DNA of 32,000 nt, taken from the NCBI RefSeq assembly GCF_000011125.1, contig NC_000854.2, forward strand, positions 1,320,001-1,352,000, written 5' to 3'. This DNA comes from Aeropyrum pernix K1 (GTDB lineage Archaea > Thermoproteota > Thermoprotei_A > Sulfolobales > Acidilobaceae). How positions within the stretch are numbered: position 1 is the first letter of the stretch; every line of letters starts with the position of its first letter. Positions 9,370-16,766 of this stretch are shown here, piece by piece. Both the position numbers and the translations under genes were made by a program. The notes under the pieces were generated by a model. That model worked only from the letters and a program-made list of their open reading frames with translations, was not told the origin of the DNA and made no database searches.

Positions 9370-10274
9370 CGGTGGGCAACATCAACCTAGACATAAGCCT
9401 CTCCGTCGACAGGCTGCCGGGCCCTGAGGAGGTAGTGTTCGCCAGGGACGCGTGGATAGGCGTGGGCGGCGCGGCGACGAACTACGCCATAGCAGTAGCC
9501 CAACTGGGCCAGAAACCCGTGCTTGTGGCGGTTGCCGGGAGGGAGATGGAGAGGCTGGGTGTTGTTGACACGCTTAGGAGACGGGGTGTGGACGTATCCA
9601 GGGTGAAGACCGTTGATAGGCCCTCGGGTGTTGTCGTTGTCATGGTTGTAGCCAGCGACTCGCACAGGAGTATGGTGTCGATGAGGGGGGCCAACGAGGA
9701 GCTCCTCAAGTATATCGAGGAGGAGCCCCTTGATGGTGTCTCGGGCGAATGCCACGTTCACATGGCCAGCGTGCCACCCCAGGCTCTGGACTTCGCCCCC
9801 GGGGGTTGCACCCTCAGCTACGACCCGGGGGGCGAGGCTTTCAAGAGGCCGAAAAGCCTGTGGAGCAGGCTCCCCCGGGTTGACTGGATGTTCATAAACA
9901 CTCCTGAGCTTAAGGGTATGAGCGGCAGCGGCGACCTGGCCGCGGCCTATAGGCTTCTAGAGTCGGGGTTGAAGAGGCTTGTGTTGAAGCATGGTAGAGG
10001 CGGTGCCACGGTCGTGGAGAGGGGTTTCTGCGTAACGCTGGACCGGACGCCAGTGCTGGAGCCCGTTGACGTGACCGGAGCGGGAGACGCCTTCGACGCT
10101 GCTTTCAACATCGCGGTGAAGGCTGGCTGGAGCGTTGAGGAGGCTTTAAGGCTGGCAGTGGCCGCAGGCTCGGCAAAAGTGCTTAGGAGGGGTAGCAGCA
10201 ACATGCCTACGGCCAGCGAGGTCCTCGCCATGCTACCCAGGGTAGCCTATCCACGGGATTGCAGCCTAACCTAG
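9333..10274 (+). CDS. PfkB-family carbohydrate/nucleoside kinase
   Basis: AVGNINLDISLSVDRLPGPEEVVFARDAWIGVGGAATNYA N-terminal signature and DVTGAGDAFDAAFNIAV C-terminal PfkB signature. Later GTG starts at 9354 or 9372 are possible and would shrink or remove the overlap with the upstream gene. Confidence 0.9.
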   Translation: MVLPEPGVQTHIAVGNINLDISLSVDRLPGPEEVVFARDAWIGVGGAATNYAIAVAQLGQKPVLVAVAGREMERLGVVDTLRRRGVDVSRVKTVDRPSGVVVVMVVASDSHRSMVSMRGANEELLKYIEEEPLDGVSGECHVHMASVPPQALDFAPGGCTLSYDPGGEAFKRPKSLWSRLPRVDWMFINTPELKGMSGSGDLAAAYRLLESGLKRLVLKHGRGGATVVERGFCVTLDRTPVLEPVDVTGAGDAFDAAFNIAVKAGWSVEEALRLAVAAGSAKVLRRGSSNMPTASEVLAMLPRVAYPRDCSLT

Positions 10275-11491
10275 ACCCTCTCTATAGCCACGGCCGCCGC
10301 GCCGCCCAGGCCGTGGCATATGGAGGCTACACCCCTCCTAGCCCCGTTCTCCTCCAGCGTGTAGACTAGCTGTAGGATAAGTCTGGCTCCCGTCGAACCC
10401 AGGGGGTGGCCGACTGCTATGGAGCCTCCTACGACGTTTAGCCTCTCATAAGGCACGCCCAGCTCCCTGTTCATGATTAGACTGTTTACGGCGAACGCCT
10501 CGTTATTCTCCCAGTAGTCCACGTCCTCCACCCTCCAGCCTAGCTTTTTCAGCAGGGCTCTAACGGCGTGGACTGGGGCCACCGGGAATCTCCTGGGGTC
10601 TACGCCAGCGTACCCCCAGCCTACTATCCTCGCCTTGGGCTTGAGCCCCATCTCCCTTACCGCTTCCTCACCGGCTACAAGGAGGGACACGGCGCCGTCG
10701 CTTATCTGGCTGCTGTTACCCGCTGTGTGGGGGCCTTTTGGCGTGAAAACGGGCGGCAGCTTGGAGAGTCTTTCCACCGTTGTATCCGGCCTGATACCCT
10801 CGTCGTAGTCTAGCACGACAGCGCCGCCTGCCTTGACTGGTATGGTGTACTTCTGCATGTGACCCCTCTCCCATGCTCTGGCCGCTCTCATGTTACTCTC
10901 GTATGCTATCCAGTCTAGCTCCTCCCGCTGGGCCCCATACTCCCAGGCTGTCTCGTCCGCCTCCTGCCCCATGACCAGCTGGTTTAGCGGGTCGTAGAGC
11001 CCGTCGCTGACCATTGCATCCTTCATCTCAAGAGCCCCTTGGTAGAGCAGCCTCACTCCCCAGCGTATAGACGGTGGGGCTATGAAGGGGGCGTTGCTCA
11101 TGCTCTCCATGCCGCCGGCTAGGGCTAGGCTGTACATCCCCGCATCTATAAGCAGCGACGCCTTTACAACGGATGCCATGCCGCTAGCGCACACCATGTC
11201 GACGTTGAAGCCCTCCAAGTCGCTTCTGAGACCTGCCTTGAGGGCAGCCTGCTTAGCCGTGTTCATGTGGGTGCCAGCCCTTATAACGTGGCCGTAGACC
11301 GCTAGCTCGATATAGTTGGGGTCAACCCCGGCCCGTTCTAGGAGCTCTCTGATTGTGAGGGCTGCCAGGTCTACTGCTTTGAAGTCCTTGAGGCTCCTGC
11401 CGAACTTGCCTATGGTAGTCCTTACACCGTCAACAATATAGACTGGGCTGCGTAGAACCCCTGCCCTTGCGGTAGCCATAATTTCTACCAA
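10271..11491 (-). CDS. Acetyl-CoA C-acetyltransferase (thiolase)
   Basis: NVDMVCASGMASVVKA (nucleophilic Cys), GGMESMSNAPF, NVVGGSIAVGHPLGSTGARL, CHGLGGAAAVAIERV. Confidence 0.93.
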   Translation of the reverse strand: MVEIMATARAGVLRSPVYIVDGVRTTIGKFGRSLKDFKAVDLAALTIRELLERAGVDPNYIELAVYGHVIRAGTHMNTAKQAALKAGLRSDLEGFNVDMVCASGMASVVKASLLIDAGMYSLALAGGMESMSNAPFIAPPSIRWGVRLLYQGALEMKDAMVSDGLYDPLNQLVMGQEADETAWEYGAQREELDWIAYESNMRAARAWERGHMQKYTIPVKAGGAVVLDYDEGIRPDTTVERLSKLPPVFTPKGPHTAGNSSQISDGAVSLLVAGEEAVREMGLKPKARIVGWGYAGVDPRRFPVAPVHAVRALLKKLGWRVEDVDYWENNEAFAVNSLIMNRELGVPYERLNVVGGSIAVGHPLGSTGARLILQLVYTLEENGARRGVASICHGLGGAAAVAIERV

Positions 11492-11550
11492 TAGAATAGT
11501 CGAAGGTCGTACACATTCTTAAGTGGAGGTAAATAAATAGTCCTAACATG

Positions 11551-12924
11551 CTACGCCCTTGACAGGAGCGCCTCCAACACGCTGGCGTAGGGCTCGAGCC
11601 TGGCTGGCGTCATCGCCTCCCACAAGCCTGAGCACAGCCTCTCCGACCCCCTCAGCGGCTGAGGCTCTCTCGTGGGGGCTGGATCGAGGGCCGTCATACA
11701 GTAGATCTCGAGCCCCAGCTTCTCCTGCTCCTCCCAGTGGCCCTCGAGCACGCCCCTCCCGAGAAGCTTCAGCACGGCCTTCCTGTAGAGGGGGTGAAGA
11801 GGCTTCGGCGGGCTCCTAGCAAGGGGTGTACCTGGGAGGGGTAGGAAGTGGTGTAGCCTGAGCCTAGCACCCATGCTCGAGAGCCTGTACATGGCGTTTA
11901 CAGTCTCTACAACGTCCTCGTAACTCTCCCCGGGCATACCGAATATTATGTCCACTACTGGCGTGAAGCCGTATTCTATGGCTAGCCCGGCAGCCCTCAC
12001 CGCCTCCTCAACCCCATGCCCCCTACCGACCCTTTCTAGCAGCATATCGCTGCCCGACTGGAGGCCTATGGAGATCCTCCTGTTGTAGGCAAGCCTCCTG
12101 ACCACCCGCAGTATCTCGGGGGTGACGAACTCTGGCCTAGTCTCGCTGGGGAAGCTACCCAGGTATGGCTTGCCCCCCACGGCTCTCACACGCGATAGCA
12201 GCTCCTCGACGGCCGCAGGGTTAGGCGTCCTAAGGTCCTCGCTACCGTAGGCAAACCCTATCGGCGCCACAAACCTTATCTCACTCTTCCCGGCAGCAAC
12301 ATAGTCAGCCGCTGCCGCCGCAACGGACTCCACGCTCCTAAACCTGACCTGAGACTTGAACTCCCAGGGAACCTGGCAGAACATGCAGCGGTAGCTGCAG
12401 CCCCTCATGATCTCTATAGGCGGGAAGAGGCCGAGACGCGGGTAGTGGGGGCTATAGTCGTCGAGCCTTGCCAGCTTAACCGGCCCTACCTTAAACCTCC
12501 CGCCAGCCATTATCGCCGTATTGGGGGGCGGCTCCTCCAGCCCCGAACCCTCGGCAATCCTCCTCACTATCTCGACTGCCGCTATCTCCCCATCACCGAC
12601 AACTGCAGCAGCCGCTCCGAGCCTGAGGACCTGCCAGTAAGCCCCCGTAGCGTGGGGCCCACCTACAACGGTGGGCGCCAGTCTTGACACCCTGGATATC
12701 TCGCCAGCCAGCTCGAGGAACGCGGGGCTGCTCACACCATACATAACCACAACGCGCCTCCCCCTGCGGACGAGTTCCCTGACAACGGGGTCGGGACTCT
12801 CCTCCACCATCTCTATCCTAACGTCCACGCCGGAACCCGCCAGGGCGGAGGCTACTGGGGCGAACGCGTTCTTCCCGCCGTAGACGCTACGCATTAAAAC
12901 ATAGACCCTAGACTCGGCGCCCAA
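11551..12924 (-). CDS. B12-binding-domain radical SAM protein
   Basis: N-terminal Rossmann/cobalamin-type region (VVGGPHATGAYWQVLRLGAAAAVVGDGE) followed by EIMRGCSYRCMFCQ (CxxxCxxC), ISIGLQSGSDMLLERVGRGH, DIIFGMPGES. Confidence 0.88.
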   Translation of the reverse strand: MGAESRVYVLMRSVYGGKNAFAPVASALAGSGVDVRIEMVEESPDPVVRELVRRGRRVVVMYGVSSPAFLELAGEISRVSRLAPTVVGGPHATGAYWQVLRLGAAAAVVGDGEIAAVEIVRRIAEGSGLEEPPPNTAIMAGGRFKVGPVKLARLDDYSPHYPRLGLFPPIEIMRGCSYRCMFCQVPWEFKSQVRFRSVESVAAAAADYVAAGKSEIRFVAPIGFAYGSEDLRTPNPAAVEELLSRVRAVGGKPYLGSFPSETRPEFVTPEILRVVRRLAYNRRISIGLQSGSDMLLERVGRGHGVEEAVRAAGLAIEYGFTPVVDIIFGMPGESYEDVVETVNAMYRLSSMGARLRLHHFLPLPGTPLARSPPKPLHPLYRKAVLKLLGRGVLEGHWEEQEKLGLEIYCMTALDPAPTREPQPLRGSERLCSGLWEAMTPARLEPYASVLEALLSRA

Positions 12925-13120
12925 ACCTGCATCCCCTGCGGCGCGGGCCTCTCAGCCCAATACCAGCGCCTCAGCTATTAGAGGATTCTCCCCGGGATAT
13001 TATGGCTGGCTAGTTATTTCGGGAAGCCGAACAGATGAGCCAGCCGCTTAACCGTTTAAACAACAGTCCAGCCTTATTAGGCTCTACAAATGCTGTAGAC
13101 CTCTCAGGGTGTAGGCAGTC

Positions 13121-13864
13121 ATGGAGGGTGGGGAGAAGCTCGACAGGAGCGTGTGGCCGCTGGTATTAGCTGCTGCTGTGTTCTCTGTAGCCCTCGTTAG
13201 CGCGAACTATCTCTCGGCCAAGCTCTTCCTTGTAGAGATACCTGGGCTCATAACCCTTGTAGGCCCTGCGGGGGTTGTAGCGTACTCTGTCACCTTCATT
13301 GTCACCGATGTTGTGAGCGAGGTCTACGGCAGGCGGGCTGCAGGGGCTGTGGTGGCGGCTGGGTTCGCCTCGCAGATAGTAGCCCTTTTCCTTACGGCCG
13401 TGGCTATAGCCTCTCCCCCAGCACCCTTCAGCCTCGTGCAGCAGGAAGAGTATGCTAAGGTTGTGATGGCTGGTTTCAACATAATAGTGGCCAGCCTCGT
13501 CGCCTATATTGTCAGCCAGTACCATGACGTCTGGGCCTTCCACTTCTGGAAGAAGATGACGGGGAGCCGGTGGCTGTGGCTCAGGAACAATCTTAGCACG
13601 TGGGTGAGCCAGCTGATAGACACTGTGGTCTTCCTATCACTAGCATTCTACATCATACCCCTCCTCTCGCCCGAAGCCTCCAGAGTTGAGCCCGTCAGCC
13701 TGTCTACACTATGGGCCATGATCTACAGCCAGTATATAATAAAGCTCGGTATAGCGGTCCTCGACACGCCCGTTGTATACCTTGGCGTCTACCTGGTGAA
13801 GAACTATATCGAGAGCGGGCTCCAGGTTCAGCCGAGGATGCTCGGGATAATTACTGGCAGGTGA
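13121..13864 (+). CDS. Queuosine-precursor transporter (QPTR/YhhQ-like)
   Basis: ANYLSAKLFLV...PAGVVAYSVTFIVTDVVSEVYGRRAAGAVVAAGFASQI and STWVSQLIDTVVFLSLAF...YIIKLGIAVLDTPVVYLGVYLV; multi-TM VUT/YhhQ family pattern. Confidence 0.85.
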   Translation: MEGGEKLDRSVWPLVLAAAVFSVALVSANYLSAKLFLVEIPGLITLVGPAGVVAYSVTFIVTDVVSEVYGRRAAGAVVAAGFASQIVALFLTAVAIASPPAPFSLVQQEEYAKVVMAGFNIIVASLVAYIVSQYHDVWAFHFWKKMTGSRWLWLRNNLSTWVSQLIDTVVFLSLAFYIIPLLSPEASRVEPVSLSTLWAMIYSQYIIKLGIAVLDTPVVYLGVYLVKNYIESGLQVQPRMLGIITGR

Positions 13865-14295
13865 AACCCAACCTGGGGGAGAGGTGTGCGCGTGCTTTGG
13901 ACTGCGGAGTCTTCGAGGGAACCGTGTTCAGCGGCCTCGGCCATGGCTCATTCTACGTTAGCATATACGCCAGGAACCTTAGGCGCGCCCTGGGATACAC
14001 ACCCTACCCCGGAACTCTGAACCTCAGGGTTGGAGACGCTGCGGAGAGGCTGGCCGGATGCATAGAGAGGGCGAGGGGTGTCAGGATAGAGCCTCCCCCC
14101 ATACCTGGGGAGAGGCTGGCCTCAGTCCTAGCCTTCCCGGTGGAGATAGAGGGAGGGGTTAGAGGGCACATTGTTAGGCCTGAGATAACGGTCTACAAGG
14201 GCGATGTAGTCGAGATAGTTGCGGATGTCTACCTTAGGGACGTGCTGAAGATTAGTGACGGCGATAAAGTAAGGTTCAGGCTGCTAGACCCCTAG
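13861..14295 (+). CDS. ribK: Archaeal CTP-dependent riboflavin kinase
   Basis: GVFEGTVFSGLGHGSFYVSIYARNLRRALGYTPYPGTLNLRVG...AFPVEIEGGVRGHIVRPEITVYKGDVVEIVADVYLRDVLKISDGDKVRFRL. The supplied ORF starts at 13711 inside QPTR; a GTG at 13861 forms a GTGA start/stop overlap. Confidence 0.88.
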   Translation: MKPNLGERCARALDCGVFEGTVFSGLGHGSFYVSIYARNLRRALGYTPYPGTLNLRVGDAAERLAGCIERARGVRIEPPPIPGERLASVLAFPVEIEGGVRGHIVRPEITVYKGDVVEIVADVYLRDVLKISDGDKVRFRLLDP

Positions 14296-14718
14296 CGTGA
14301 GCATGGAGCCCAGCAGGGCGGCGCCGAGGCTTGCGAGCAACGCTACAGCAGCGGATGCCCGGTATCTGCCTAGACCCGCCTCGCCCTCCTCCAGCTTCCT
14401 CCCGGCCATGTGAACCATGTAGAAGCCTGCCGCCGCCGCCACGGTCCAGGAGATAATCTTCTCCCCTATCCTCCCAATGTGTGTGCCAAACTGGAACCAC
14501 TCTCCCAGCCCCGCATCGTACTTGGCTAGGGCCATGCCTACGCCAACCAAAGCCAGCAGGAGAAGGCTGCCCATAGCCGCCGGGCCCAGGGTCTTCTGCA
14601 CCACCAGGACGTGGTCCCTACCCCTGAATGAGGCGATAAGTACTGCGGCTAGGAAGCCTATCCAGATGGAGGCCAGGAGCAGGTGGAGATAGTGGAGGGC
14701 CAGTAGAACAGCAGCCAT
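14284..14718 (-). CDS. Small four-helix membrane protein, CopD-like
   Basis: LLALHYLHLLLASIWIGFLAAVLIAS with conserved-looking His/Trp positions, four hydrophobic segments, and KIISWTVAAAAGFYMVHM. Confidence 0.55.
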   Translation of the reverse strand: MAAVLLALHYLHLLLASIWIGFLAAVLIASFRGRDHVLVVQKTLGPAAMGSLLLLALVGVGMALAKYDAGLGEWFQFGTHIGRIGEKIISWTVAAAAGFYMVHMAGRKLEEGEAGLGRYRASAAVALLASLGAALLGSMLTLGV

Positions 14719-14967
14719 GGCAGCATCCCTCCAGAGCTATTACTATCGTGGATTACTACGGCTTTTAGGCTACATCAATACGAGCACTCTTAGCGTTATC
14801 CGTTGGAGGTGGGTGACACGAGCCTCAACGCTTATAAACACAGGGCTAGATATATTATTACACAAAGCAGCGCCTCTCACGAGGCAGAGGCCTGCGACAC
14901 CTCGTGGTGAAGGCTCCCTCCAGCCCTTCCGATACCGACTCATGGGGGGTGCGCACCCTCAGGTGGG

Positions 14968-16152
14968 ATGGGATCCATGGGGTTTATCGAGTCCGAGGTT
15001 GCAGTTGTGTATGGTAGGATTGTAGAGGGGTTTAGAGCCCCCTACAAGGAGGACCTCTACTTCAAGACGGTGATTGTGCCCGGGTTTAGCGACGGCCACA
15101 TGCACACTCAAGTCGTCGACGCAGGGCTTGAGCCGTCGAGAGTGTGGAGTAATAGTTATGAGTGGCTGGAGACCAGGCGGCTTAGGGTTGACGAGGCTGC
15201 CGTTAGAAGCGACCTGGACCTCTCATCCAGGCTTGCAGCTGCGGCCTTCTCCCGCTCCCTCCTCGAGGGTGTAACGCTCGTAGCAGCCACTGGCAGGCTA
15301 TCGGCCAACGTCAGGGGGTGGCTAAGCCTGACCTCGAGGCCCCGGGCCATATTCCTCCCGACGGTTATGGATAGAGCAGGCTGGCCCAGCATCAGGGAGG
15401 TCGAGGTTGAGATAGAAAGGCTTGAGGGGCTGCTTAGGGATGGCCTGGCCAAGATAGGCGTTTTCGTCCACAGCCTGGGCACCGCGAAGCCCGAGAGCGT
15501 CAGGAGGGCTCTCCAGACGGCGGCTAGGAGGAGGAGCATTATGGGTATGCATCTGAGCGAGGGGCTCCCCGAGGCTGGGAGGCTAGTGGATGTGCTTGGT
15601 AGAGGTCCCTACCCGGCCAGGATAGTTGCCGTCCACTGCATGGAGGTAGAGGACCTGCCTACCGGGGTCAGGTGCGTCTCGTGCCCGGCTTCAAACCAGA
15701 TACTGTACAGGAGGACGAGGCCTACTCTGGAGGGCGTCGACGGGTTCGGCAGCGACTGGCCTCTCCTCATAGGCACTATAGCCAGGCACCTGCCGCTCAT
15801 CAACAAGCTCTATCCAGGCAGGCTGCAGGAGATTCTGTACAAGGCGACGATAGGCGGCTACAGGGCCTACCTAGCCCTCCACGACGGCGACTTTGTTGCA
15901 TACGACGCGAGCCTGGAGGACGTTTTAGCGGGGAGAGCCCTGCCTGTGTGGGTCTCGGTAGCAGGCAAGCCAGCGGTGGTTGAAGGCCGCCTCTCAGGCT
16001 CCGGATATGGCTACGGCGAGGTCCTCAGCATTATTAGAAGGCTTATCAAGGAAGCCCTCGAGAAGCACGGCGACGGCTCTCTACCCTACATCCCTGACGT
16101 AGAGAGCATGTACGAGGCTAGTCTAGCTCTAGAGGGAGGCCCTCGCTCCTGA
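14968..16152 (+). CDS. Amidohydrolase-superfamily protein (deaminase-like)
   Basis: VIVPGFSDGHMHTQVVDAG (HxH metal motif), MGMHLSEG, RIVAVHCMEVEDLP, SCPASNQIL, GFGSDWPLLIG. Confidence 0.85.
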   Translation: MGSMGFIESEVAVVYGRIVEGFRAPYKEDLYFKTVIVPGFSDGHMHTQVVDAGLEPSRVWSNSYEWLETRRLRVDEAAVRSDLDLSSRLAAAAFSRSLLEGVTLVAATGRLSANVRGWLSLTSRPRAIFLPTVMDRAGWPSIREVEVEIERLEGLLRDGLAKIGVFVHSLGTAKPESVRRALQTAARRRSIMGMHLSEGLPEAGRLVDVLGRGPYPARIVAVHCMEVEDLPTGVRCVSCPASNQILYRRTRPTLEGVDGFGSDWPLLIGTIARHLPLINKLYPGRLQEILYKATIGGYRAYLALHDGDFVAYDASLEDVLAGRALPVWVSVAGKPAVVEGRLSGSGYGYGEVLSIIRRLIKEALEKHGDGSLPYIPDVESMYEASLALEGGPRS

Positions 16153-16444
16153 GAGCCAGGAACACGGCCTCGGCAAGCTCCACTATCCGGCTGCTATCCC
16201 TTGACGACACCTCAACAACTACCTCGCCGGGCTCTAGAGACCCCCCGCCCAGCGGCATCTTAAGCTTCACGCTAGCTTTAACCAAGCTATCGCCCCTGCA
16301 CGAGGCGAGGAGCCACATGGGAGCTCTAAAGCCGGGGCTACAACCGTAGTCCCCAAGAACCCCATAGATTATGTCGAGAGTCTTCTCCACCACCTCCAGG
16401 TTCTTCAGAGTAGCCCTCATCCTCACGCTCAGCCACTCGCCCAA
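16118..16444 (-). CDS. Uncharacterised ~100-aa protein
   Basis: Continuous ORF with plausible alpha/beta composition (RMRATLKNLEVVEKTLDIIYGVLGDYG...VVVEVSSRDSSRIVELAEAVFLAL). Convergent with and overlapping the amidohydrolase. No confident family. Confidence 0.55.
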   Translation of the reverse strand: MGEWLSVRMRATLKNLEVVEKTLDIIYGVLGDYGCSPGFRAPMWLLASCRGDSLVKASVKLKMPLGGGSLEPGEVVVEVSSRDSSRIVELAEAVFLALRSEGLPLELD

Positions 16445-16766
16445 GAACCCACACCCCCATAGTTTGTTCTCATTAGAGGGCTCACACGCTAGAATGTATT
16501 TTTTGATGAAGCCTGCAGTCTAAAAACCTACCGTTCCTCCCCACCACTTCACTTTGCAGTAAGTTTAAACAATACGTTTAGCATCTGTGGTAGGGAGTTC
16601 CACCTAGACCAAACGGGTTTTTACACCCTTGTGGGGTCATGGATGGCGGTCGCCCGCAATGGCACGGGGCTCCCATGTAGGCCAGACCCTACGGGGCTTG
16701 GAGCACTGCTCCCATTACCCCGCAGGGCTCTGTCACAGAATGTTGGTTCTCTATGTTTAAACGTTC

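Noticed and set aside
15156-15539. 127-aa minus-strand ORF inside the amidohydrolase
   Set aside because: Low-complexity composition and fully antisense to a well-supported gene.
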